A DNA stretch of 50,117 nt, the filler included, from Bipalium vagum (lineage: Eukaryota): NCBI GenBank assembly GCA_037834085.1. It is 3 parts of 3 records of this genome, joined end to end, with 100 filler letters (N's around TTAATTAATTAA, not from the genome) between each part and the next. Parts side by side here need not be neighbours in the genome. Positions count along the whole stretch, not along the records: positions 33,695 to 50,117 come from JBBMKC010111578.1; 2 more parts are not named here. One strand, 5' to 3'. The notes under the pieces were generated by a model. It had not been told where the DNA came from. It did no database searches and saw only the letters and a program-made list of their open reading frames with translations. How positions within the stretch are numbered: position 1 is the stretch's first letter; each line of letters starts with the position of its first letter. Position numbers and translations under genes: made by a program. Positions 39,344 through 50,117 of this stretch are shown in pieces.

Positions 39344-40789
39344 TACCATTAATAGGAGATATTCAAAGAATAATTTCGTAATTATTCTCTTTCATTAAAC
39401 AGAAATCATTTAGAAATAGAAAACATTTACCATTTCATTACATTTTCAGAGAAGTCTTTTAAATCAAAAAGTATCTTTAAAAACACTTCCATTATTTACG
39501 CATTAAAGTATCATATTTCAGAGTTTTTCGAGATTAGCGAAGTACTACATTTTTTCAATTTCTGGACATTCTGTAAGGAGAATAAATGTTCACTTATTTA
39601 ATTTTTATAAATTATTTTTAAAATAATATTTTCAATAAAAAATCTGTTTGTTAAGCGGCAAGAAATAATTCAGGAAAAGTTTTATTTTATGTAATTAAAA
39701 ATATTACTAAATATTAATTTATTACCCTACCCGACATGGGAAAAATCATTTACATGAGATAAACATTAAAATGGGCGAAAATAATTATTTAAAAAAGTGA
39801 AAATTAAAGTTTTTTAATACACAATTATTTTTCTAAGATTATTTTATTTATTTATCCATAAAGTAACTCTCCGAAGATTTACTTAAAATAAATGAATAAA
39901 TATTCCTAATCTTTCGCTAATATCTTTTCAATAATTATTTTTAAGAAATCTCATTAAAAAATATCTGTGCCAATGGACGGGTACTGAATAAAAATTATTA
40001 TTAGCATTAAATATAACAGATTTGGTTTCACAATGTCCTACGATGAAATTGAAACCTCAATTTTTAACAATTTTTTCCGAATGTTAGAAAATTTGATTTA
40101 TGAGCATCTTCAGAGAATAAAATAAATGTTTTAATTACCACTGAGATCCGTAACGCAAATATATAATTTTAATTAAAATAATTAAATATATATATTCATC
40201 AGTTGATAACACTGATAGGTTATTCCTCAGCAGTTTATAGCGTCAATATCATTATTGAGGGCTAATATGAAACTGAAGACCTAGTACATTAGGACATGTA
40301 TTAATAATAAGCAAAAAAGAAAGAAAAGATAAAAAGATAAATAAAACTTATAGACTCTCTTGTGATGTTTTGATTTTTATTAACACCTTGATCATTATTG
40401 AAAACCTCTTAATCAACCACCCATCAAACCCTTTAGATAAAATTAATTTGTTTAGGAATTCATAATATTTTTACTGTCTCTTCGTGATTTTTTTATTAGT
40501 CTCAGTAAAGCTACTTATTTCTGGAACTAAGCAATCATTCAAATTAAAAGATAAAAGAGCGAAAGAACAAAAGACTCTGAAAGAAGAAATAGAATTTAAA
40601 AAAATAGGGAAATGTTTTTATTTGGTAGAAAAATCGATTGATAAATTAATTAGTGTTAAACAGATTGAAATTGAAAGTCTGACTGTCGAGTAAATAAAGA
40701 CCCTAAACAAATATTATGTTGCCAGAAAAATAATGTATAACTCTGTATACATTAGCAAATAGAATAATTTTTAATCTTTATGTTATTAT

Positions 40790-42200
40790 AATTTAAGATT
40801 TTTGTTTATATGAACTGCATAAATAGCGCTTCAAATAAATTAACTAGTTCATCAGTAGTTCCCATATTTTCTATTTTTCGAATCATTAATATGTGATGAA
40901 ATTTTAGACTCTGCGTGTTTTATAAATTCTTAAACACATTCTATGAATAAAAGGCAGTAGGTATTCATGGTTTTTTTTATTTTTGAGGTGGGAATTTGAC
41001 ATTGAATATGATACACTTTTTGGGTACAGACATTTTTTGATGACAAGTCTTAGCAGACTATGATGAGACAAATTACAGGATGGTGGTGTAAAAAAATTAA
41101 AGAAAAATATAGTATCTCAAGTATTTTTCTTTCAAGTATACGCTTTTTAAAAAATATATTTGTGAACAAAAAATTTTGTTTGTTTGTTATTATCTTGGTA
41201 TTGTTTCGATCTCTTTGTTCAGATCTTGTTCAGTCAATTTTATTCTTCTTCGATGTCTATCTTCAAATTATATCACTCATGATTTTAATAAAATTATTTA
41301 TTATTATTATTATTATTATATTCATTATCATAAAGAAGCCAATTTTGGTCCTAAAGTTGATCCCATAGCATCTCCCATCTCTTTGGGTATATTATTCACC
41401 GTTGAATAAAAATGAAATGTCTTTTGTACTAAATTCGTCCATGATGTCTTGATCACCTCTATCCTTCCAAAGAGAAGTGCATATTGTTTCCGAAATAAGC
41501 ACATTCGCAAATAAACTACACACATCAAATGATACCATATGGTATTTTACAGAATTTTTCTCATAATTATTTATAAAACTACAAAATTTAAAACTATCTT
41601 TCATTTCGTATTTGATTTCTAATAGTGGTTTTATATATAGAAGTCCTGTAAATGAATTTCTCATAATCTTACTAATCGTGATGGTATGGACCATTTTGGC
41701 TGTTTGATGTGATCTATTTACTATACACCGACTGAAACTTTTTCCTGTCGGGTAATAACGAAAGATGTGCAATAAATTTCGCACTACAGTGTGATAAGTA
41801 AACGACCTTATTACTTATCTGATCGAATAACTATTGCACTTTGTTGTGCAATTTAAATATAAAAATCAGTTACAAGTACAGACAAACTCATAAGAAAGAT
41901 ATTATTCTAGAAGATGACTTCAGAACGTATGTTCCACAGACTATCCGAAAAAATTGGCAAAATTTGATGATAGTCCACCAGACTTTCTCTTATTCTGAGC
42001 ACTCAATATTTTTAAATGAAAAATCGTTTAGAGCGAGGAGGATGTTAAAAGGGTATTATAATCATCTGTCGGTTCAATAGGTGAATAGTTTATTAAGACT
42101 GTTGATTTTTTATCTGAAAGATGATTGGTAATCATGAATAATCAAGGAAAATATTTTAATGAATTTAAAAATTTTGTTCCGTCTAGCTCGCTTAAAAATA
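40790..42200 (-). mobile_element. Penelope-like retroelement relic (RT + GIY-YIG endonuclease)
   Basis: RT motifs MVSFDVCSLFANV..ETI and GDAMGSTLGPKLA (cf. GVAMGSPLGP.LA); downstream KVYHIQC, KISSHI and LFEALFM GIY-YIG relics; many disruptions. Confidence 0.8.
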
Positions 42201-42624
42201 AAACAAAGTTTTAAAAATTTTTTTTTGAATTAGATGGAGAAGAAGAGCAGATTTGACGAGGAAGGTAATGGTAATGGTAATTTTCCATTAATTTTATGAT
42301 CATATCTTCCAACATGAAAAATATAAAATTCTGCAAAAATTAGGCGGGGACTGTAGATTAGGCGAGGGTAATTGTATTTAGAAAAATTATAATAGATTTC
42401 CAGACAAAACACGACCTAACTTTCTTGACAATCTGAAGATTGATAAAATATCAAAGAAATTTTTAAAATAAAGTAATATTAACTAGAGCGAAAGCATTTT
42501 CGTTTTTAATGGATATTTTGAAAATTTCAAGATATGTATTTAAAAAATAAAAATTATCAAAATATAACACCATTTAATTAAAAATTAGACAGTCGTTTAG
42601 GAAATTAAAGTGTGTTGTTTTAAA

Positions 42625-42680
42625 TATGAATGACTGGTGATGAACTGATATTTGTTCGAAACATGTTCCATGATAATAAA
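42625..42680 (+). ncRNA. Degenerate minimal type-I hammerhead ribozyme (Penelope pLTR type)
   Basis: CTGGTGA-T-GAAC[TGATATTT]GTTC-GAAA-CATGT-T, with palindromic stem III (ACATGT) and AATAAA immediately after; core A6 is G and stem I is weak. Confidence 0.5.
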
Positions 42681-43119
42681 TGTTTGGAAAAAAATGCGTC
42701 TATTAAAAAAATATAACTTTACACTTTTTACACACCAAAAAGTTGTTTTTTTTTAAAATTTATAAGTGAAAGAAGAAAGTTATAGGGAAAATATAAATAT
42801 AAAAAATTATAAATAATTTTTAAAAACCAGTTAATTTTATTTTTTTAATTAATTTAATTAGATCCAAAGTAGTGTCAGGATTTGAATAAAAAGATTTTTA
42901 ATAATAATAATAAAACTTTAATTATATTTAAATAATAATAATAAATATTTAAAGCTTGAAAGCCAAAACTAAAAACACTTATCGCCATTTTTGAATATTC
43001 AATGAGCACAAAATTGAGATCACTTTACATTTTCTAAATGTAATTTTGATCGAGTCATTTGATCAATATATAAATATTACTTATTATTTAATAATATACA
43101 GTATCATTTCAGAAATATA

Positions 43120-43566
43120 ATGTACATAACTACGGTAGGTTACACGAATTTTTCAAACACTACCTTATCTTTCGAGGGTAATTTAACAGAATATTATGCA
43201 GGACTATATGTCATTTGTGTTCTTATATTTTATTCCATTGGGGCAGCTCTCTTATTTTGCAATGGCTTTCGAATGCAGCCCAGCCATAAACTGAGAGAAG
43301 AGGAACAAGTGGAATATTACATTGGCCAAAGACATTTGATAGAGAAACAAGCAAAAATGGATCAAATATGGAAAACCGATCGATTTCTTCGACAGATTTT
43401 TATCGAAAAATCTTTTAATAATATCAATGATGAGTTGTTGTGTGATTCGATGGACTACAATACCTTGGTTGACATAAGGGAGTTGATCTTGAAGTCTCAT
43501 AAAAATATTTTTTCCATTCCACATCAGATTATTTCTATTTCGAGAAACTCAATTGTATCACTTTAG
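43120..43566 (+). CDS. Small single-pass membrane protein, KCNE/MinK-like (148 aa)
   Basis: No signal peptide; N-glycosylation sequons N10, N13, N21; one TM (~25-47, YAGLYVICVLIFYSIGAALLFC); juxtamembrane R..K..E..EYYI; acceptor-like TTTCAG 8 nt before ATG; AATAAA at 43586. Confidence 0.7.
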   Translation: MYITTVGYTNFSNTTLSFEGNLTEYYAGLYVICVLIFYSIGAALLFCNGFRMQPSHKLREEEQVEYYIGQRHLIEKQAKMDQIWKTDRFLRQIFIEKSFNNINDELLCDSMDYNTLVDIRELILKSHKNIFSIPHQIISISRNSIVSL

Positions 43567-43829
43567 AAATCTTTGTACTAATTTCAATAAAGGAAAAAAG
43601 ATCCTTTTGTGGTATTTTATATTTTTTATTATTTTCATTTCATCATTTCTTAACAAATAAAAGATTATGATTTTGTTTGTTCAGAACCTTACAGGAGAAA
43701 CCCATAAGTTACTAATGGGATTTGAGATTTCCCCTTTTCGAGACTAAGAAACAATTAATTGTATTTGTTTCATCAATAAATATTATTTTCTGATTCTGTT
43801 TTTTCACTCGTCATATATTGTAGAGTGTT

Positions 43830-44325
43830 TATATAAAGTCACATAAGTCAGATTACACGAGGAACACTTGAAATGGAAAAAAAATACCTAGACCAAGGAC
43901 AATGGTCTAGATATTTGTAAAATTCAAAGAGATTGGTGTTGTTTGTGATCTATGGGAGTCTGGAAGGACCTTTCATTTAAGACGAAAAATTATTAGAAAT
44001 AAACCAGGATTATGAAGAAGCACTTGACACGTGCTACTTTTAATGAAACAGGATGTAGTTTTAAAGCTGTACACAATATAATACGAAAAGACCTTCAACT
44101 GTTTCATTCAAGATCCAAATTATCCATAAGTTACATTATGTAGAGTATGCTGGAAGAATTGCAATGTACAAAAGACTAATTAATGAAATCAACAATAACC
44201 TTCAAGAAGTAAAAGATATTATTCAATAATATTATTTAAATAGAGACAGCTTGAATGTTTTAAAATGTTATGAATCACGTACACAAGTGTATTAATGTAA
44301 ATGGTCACTGTAGAAAATATTAAAT
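43830..44325 (+). mobile_element. Highly degenerate Tc1-like relic
   Basis: C-terminal RTQV/CINVNGHCRKY-type ending (cf. RI..CI.ANG..TKY) and an FIQD fragment. Confidence 0.4.
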
Positions 44326-47300
44326 TTTAATCTATTGATGTTACTGTACCAAAATTTCTGTCTTTTAATTTATTTTAAGGTATTACATTTTAAAATAGGA
44401 TACTTAATTTATACACACTCTCTAGATTCACGTTAGTAATTGTTTTTAATTTTTATAATATGAAAAATCCAAATGCTTTTGACATTATCTATATTTATTT
44501 CCAATCCTTTTTATATTAAATAATTTTAAAAAGTTTAAAATCAATATAGTCCTCTGTCGTTTGCCAATTCTAAAATTACCAACCTCCAAAATATGCCAGT
44601 TTTTTGGTTTACGAAATATATCTATATGAAAATCTCCAAAGATTGCCATTTCCAGGTCTGTCACTAAAAATGTAAGTATTGTGCAATAATAAAAAATTGT
44701 ATTGTTTAAATATTCAAAATAACTTTCATATTTTATACGAAGATGCATATACTACCAACCAAACACCTTTTAATAAAGGAGGAAAAATAATTAATTGATT
44801 ATCTAAATAGCAATCCCAAAATAAGCCATTCAAGAAGTGCTCAAACTTTTATTGGACAACTTAAGAAATATAAGAAAAGAATATAAGTAGATCTATCAAA
44901 ATACTCTTAGATTCTAAAGATGAAATATTTGATGGCTGTTCAAGAAATAGTTTAATTATTAACACTAATCGTTATCTCAAATATCCAATAATTGATTTAA
45001 AATTTCTGGAATTTATTAGCTTAATAGAAAACCGTGGTGGCCAAAAATAGTTTGCAACTGTTAACAATATCTTGGATTTAGATCTTCACCTTGATGACTT
45101 AAAGCAAGGCAGGATATTAAAAAACGTTATTTAACCGGTGAAAGTTTTAACTTGCAAGATGCAAAATTTTTCGACTGATATAATTCAATTTTAAAAAATG
45201 TTTAGAAAAGTACCAACCACGTCAAATTTATATTTGTGTAAAAGTCATTAAATTAATCAGATAGAACAATTATTTCATCATTTTTAAATATTTATTACTC
45301 AGTTCTGTTTTTAACTTTATTTTTTTCTTAATTTAAAAATATAATATTTTCGCTTTTATTTTATTTTAATTTTTCGCATATTCATTAATGGAAATTTTAG
45401 AGTTTTCAGTTTTCATTGTTCAATATATTAAACTCAGTTGATTCATAAATTGACCCATTTAGTCTTTCTTTTCATTTAATAACCTAATTGATTCACTAAA
45501 AAAATAAAACCTCTTACGATATACGAAGCAATAGGAATAAAAGTAAAAAAAAGGAACACCAGACATGATAGAATTATAATTACATTTTAAATATTTATTT
45601 AAATAAAAAGAATGAAAAAGCTGACTAGCCGTGCAAAATAATTAATATAAATATAAAGTAATAAGAAAAACTTTAGGAAAAATAAATAAAACGAAACTGG
45701 TACTTAATCACAGATTTTTTTAAAGTGGTCACAATGTTCTACGTTTTTAAAATCTTACAAGTACAGTCAGCCAGCTATAATTTCACCATCGATAACTTCA
45801 CAACATTTATAATTGCAAAATTTTTCTAGTCCCAATATGGTTTATAACAATTTATATGAAAAAATTATAAAATGATTTTAAAATTCTTTTTACACCTATA
45901 AACATTATTTGTTTAAATAATAAATAGATTTTCCAGTATTTTTGAATTAAGTAAACAATCAAAGTGAATGCCTTCTTTTACAATTATTGAAAAAATTTAA
46001 TTAATCAGGTTTACGAAACATTCGAAGAATACCCAAAAAGATTTTTTCAAGTAGGTATCTAAATAATTTAAGAAAAAACAGTTTACAGAATAACAATTTC
46101 AATAATGTTGAAATATGCAGAAAAATTTTGTATTTACATCTTTTACACAATAACTCTAGTTGTTCATTTGTCCAAAAGGTTGCTGGTTAAAAAACAAAAC
46201 AGGTTTGAGATACGACGATGAAGATAAGATCAATATGAATGAGGTCTGAGTTGAGACAGATGAAGTTTATTTGCTGAATGGAAATCAGAAATATTAAATA
46301 TCTTGTTCCAGTGTTGAAAATATAATAATAAGGTTAAAAAATTATGAAATGATGATATTGTCTACACTTTATTATATTATTATAATATCATCACTTTTTA
46401 AAAAAATGTTTAAATTTTGATTTTTCGAGGTTTATTGATTTTGTGATGATTATTAAAAAAAGAAATTTTTATCTCAAGTGAAGTTGCTATTACAATATAA
46501 ACTAACGAACATACCATTTGGTTTTACTCGCCAGGATTTTTATTTACAATATGTTATACTTTACAATCAGTAGACTTAGAAATCTTCGGCTTATTACTAA
46601 CTAAAGTATCACATTTACTGATATATATCTGTATATATCTAATTTTAATGACTTTAAAAATTTTTAATTGACGTTTTAGAGACACAATATATCACTATAC
46701 TATATACCATTACCTTGTAATGCTAGACTATATCATTTAACTGGGAATATTATCATCCTAAAAATAAGCGTAGACACAGATCCACATTTTAATCTTCCAA
46801 GTAAGCTAGGAGATCAGACGTCGGTTATTTATGATCACCACATTTAAATAAATTTATTTCTATTATGCCTTCCTTGATAAGTTACTAAATATATAATTGA
46901 ATATTTTTTTTAATAAATATGGGTGATTTTTCTTTCATTCATTTTATATATAAAATAGCACAATCAATATTATCATTTTGAAAACTATGAGAATATAGAT
47001 TTGTTTTCATTATATTTTCTGTTTGTTTATTATATTTTTGTTGCCATTTTGACATAATCACATTTCCTGTACTATAAATCACAATTTACCAATTCCATTT
47101 TCTTTTAAAAGAAATTTATGCAGAGAAAAACACATTTCAGATAGAGAAAATATGGTTTCTCTGAATGATACAAATATTACAATCATATACATATGTATAT
47201 TTATAAAATATTATTATTAAAAATTAATATTTTATTAATACTATTATCAATGGTTATTAAACTGTTTCAAAGAAATATTATCGGTTTTTGAACTGAAACT

Positions 47301-47379
47301 ATTTATGTACATAACAAAAGTAAAACAAAAGTTGAATAGAAACATTTTTATTGAATAATGCTGGGTGATGTTTAGGTGT

Positions 47380-47760
47380 ATTTCGTCCATTTGGTGACAA
47401 TGAATGGAATATATGATGAATAACACCGAATGTAAATCACACAAAATAGTAACCACCACTTTCTTTAGTTGTAACTTTGGCTTTGGAAAGTGTTGTGAAG
47501 CTTGATCATAGTCCATTTATTGAACTGACCGTTGTTGTTGTTGTCTAGATAACACTGTTCATTACACTTAGATCATTATTATATCGCAAAATGAGTAAAA
47601 ATAATTTCAACTATTCTGATTTTTGTTCATTATGACTTACCATACTCTGATAGGTAGTTCAAAAAACTCAATCATAACACCTATTCTGTTACATAAATGG
47701 CTGAGCGTGTTCATTTTATTTTGTTAGAAAATGGATCAAAAATGGTATTATGAATTTTTA
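47380..47760 (-). mobile_element. cecropia-like mariner fragment
   Basis: SQHFPKPKLQLKKVVVTI (cf. PKPKLHPKKVMVTVWW). Confidence 0.65.
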
Positions 47761-47820
47761 AAAAATATATCACTAATAAAAGTCATCATGAAAATACGAT
47801 AAAACATTAAAAAAAAGATA

Positions 47821-49610
47821 TTAGGTTGCTGCAAAAATAATTTAAAATCCAAAAACTCAGTTCAAGAAAACCTAATTAATCAAAGTTTGATCCAGTGAAG
47901 TCAATATACTTTTGTCATTGTAACATAAACATCGATACCAACGGCATAAAAATACGAATTTTTTCCTGCGAAAAATTTCATTTACGTTTTTTTACATCCT
48001 CTTGAGGTTTTAAAATTTTTTTCGGGTGATGTTTGGTAAGTGTGGCCTAATGTTGTCATGAAGTAATACAGGGTCTTCCAAAAGAAGCTTTACTCTTTAA
48101 GTCGCTATTTCTCGTACATAAAAATTAAAAAGTCAAGTAATTTTATTTATTCTTTTATTTAAACACAGATATTACAAAAATTTATATTTTAAATATGATG
48201 TCATTAAAATGGCCGCCTCTGGAAGCCTTACAAGTTTGGGCTATTTTTATGGAATTTAGCATAACTTTTGCATAAGTCAATTGAGATCATAGCGATTAGT
48301 TCCGAAATGTTGTCTTTGAGTTTTGAAATAGTTTTTGGTTCATTAATATAAATTTTATCTTTAAGATATCCCCATAAGAAATAGTTTGGAGTCGTCAAAT
48401 CGGGAGATCTGGGAGGCCAATCAACATTACCGAAACGTGAGATCACGCCAGATGGAAAAGTTTCGTGTAATAATGCAATTTTTTTCATATTTGTATAGGA
48501 TATGGCACCATCTTGCTGAAAGTAAATATTCTCCACATTAAAATCATTCAGATAAGGCTTAAGGAATGTTTCTATCATGTGTCAATATCTCTCCCCCGTT
48601 ACTGTAACTGTTTTACCTATAACATTTTCGAAAAAGTATGGACCAATTACACCTCTTGCCCATATTACCCACCATACAATGACTTTTGGCGAATGTAATG
48701 CTTCTTCCTTCAAAACATGGGATTGTCTTGTTCAAATTCGACAATTTTGTTTATTAAAAACACCTTCACTCAAGTGAAAATGACTTTCATCAGTCATAAT
48801 GATATTTATCCAAAAATGAGGATCCGCAATTGATCTTTCTAACAACCAATTACAATAATTCAGGCGACTTTGATGGTCTGATTCTTTAAGCTTCTTAACC
48901 AAGGCAAGCTTATTGGCTTTCATATGCAAATATTCATGCATTATCCGCGACAAACTGGATTTTGGGAGGCTTAATTCCTGTGCTCTATGACTGATTGAGG
49001 TGCATTTATTATCTTCAATGCTTTCTCGTGTACTTGCAATATTTTCAGGTATACACGCAGATCGAGGTCGTCCAGATTTTGGTCTATCTGCTAAGGAGCC
49101 AAATGCTTCAAAAGCATTAACCAGACTGTAAATTGTTGGTTTTGATTGACATTTGCTTTTCCCAAATTTTGCATTTAATTTTTTAACGGTTACTGAAATC
49201 GAACTACCACTTTGATAAAATATTTTGACAATTTTTGCCCGTTGTTGCATATTATAACGATCCATATTTAATTTTCAAATGTTTAGCTAGAATAATGTTA
49301 AATATTAATTTATTTAAACAAAAAATGCTTAATATTTAAAATGTTAAAAATATTAAAGCTTCTTTTGGAAGATCCTGTATATAGGACATATCAGATTGAC
49401 TAAAACATTTTGTCGTTGAAGCTTTTCATATATTACATTTATTTCTCCTGCATACCTCTCACCCCACTAGAGAAAGATTTGATAAATAAGACCAAAATCT
49501 ATTTCGGGTGCGACATCGGCTTTTTAAATTGTCGTGGACACTCATCATGATCAAACATTTGAGCTGATCGTAGTCTGTTATCGCAAAAAAGACAAGAATT
49601 TCCACTTACA
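47821..49610 (-). mobile_element. cecropia-like mariner 3' half, interrupted by a rosa element
   Basis: DNRLRSAQ..PRQFKKP and EINVIYEKLQRQNVLVNLICPI (49380-49600) continue into LLHDNIRPH (48030-48066); TIR-like TTAGGTTGCTGCAAAAATAATT at 47821. Confidence 0.7.
48069..49377 (-). mobile_element. Full-length rosa/DD41D transposon (1309 bp)
   Basis: 23-bp TIRs CAGG(G/A)TCTTCCAAAAGAAGCTTT (22/23), TA on each side. Transposase 49265 to ~48228 in one frame with TGA stops at 48732-34 and 48582-84; TDESHF; QQDGA..WPPRSPDLTTPN with 41 residues between the second D and the third catalytic position (D to N). Confidence 0.95.
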
Positions 49611-50061
49611 TAATTAAACAAAAGAATTACTGAAATAAAAATAAGAAAACTAAGATGAACATTAATTATAAGGAAGAATAGTGCATTTAGGTCCTTACTC
49701 CGTTATTCGAGACCAATGATTCACTCGATAACTCAGGGGGACCCAAATAAGTCCTGTTCCATGTTCATTATTAATAATAAAAATATACTTGTAACACTAT
49801 AGATTTTGATATACTTCTTCAGATCAAAATATAGTTTTTATTCTTGCGATAATGAACTTTCTTGTATTCATCTTCTAACTCAATAATGCAAAAAAGTCTT
49901 CTTTTATAAAACTACAATTCAAATCAAAAATGATAAGTTACGATTTGAACCAAAAAAATCCTTTTATATTAAATATCTGAGGAAAAGTACACCATCTTTC
50001 CAAAAATTAATTTATTTTTCCAGTAAAGTATGGGAAAATATTTCATTCTCATAAAAGGAAT

Positions 50062-50073
50062 TTATTATTATTC

Positions 50074-50117
<44 letters not shown>
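50062..50117. repeat. (TTA)n microsatellite
   Basis: Seen directly, runs to the window end. Confidence 0.95.

Noticed and set aside
42432-42465. Hammerhead-like CTGAAGA-TTGATA/TATCAA-AGAAA
   Set aside because: Extra A before GAAA, no G-C closing pair, no stem I; expected by chance in AT-rich DNA.
1431-44748. Numerous 60-100 aa I/L/F/K/N-rich ORFs (e.g. 1431, 11914, 31398, 35247, 40484, 41060, 44485)
   Set aside because: Composition reflects random AT-rich DNA or antisense of TE relics.
44600-45250. P-element-like relic (NRGG motif)
   Set aside because: One short motif only; insufficient support.

Overview
Very AT-rich eukaryotic (animal, probably invertebrate/spiralian) genomic DNA in three scaffolded pieces joined by two artificial 100-bp spacers (44N-TTAATTAATTAA-44N at 17879-17978 and 33595-33694). 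Host genes: (i) an apparently intact multi-exon PKN/PRK-type AGC kinase on the minus strand (~21734-27276, ~1230 aa, long Ser-rich linker, uncertain 5' splicing); (ii) an RGK (Rad/Rem/Gem) GTPase with an open last exon (7992-8236) and a decayed middle exon (~15590-15825); (iii) an intronless 263-aa, probably secreted orphan protein (32308-33099); (iv) a decayed anion-type Cys-loop receptor gene (~34300-36371) not shown by the ORF track; (v) a 148-aa single-pass KCNE/MinK-like protein (43120-43566). The rest is a graveyard of DNA transposons (Tc1 DD34E, several mariner DD34D subfamilies, rosa DD41D, an 84-bp MITE, hAT and piggyBac-like relics) plus Penelope-like remnants, one with a degenerate hammerhead ribozyme. 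No rRNA, tRNA or CRISPR array was seen. No clearly new multi-gene system is demonstrable. The best leads are the KCNE-like protein, the orphan secreted domain, a possible U12/U2 twintron in PKN, and the decay of two excitability genes. All family assignments come from motif recognition by eye; no searches were run.
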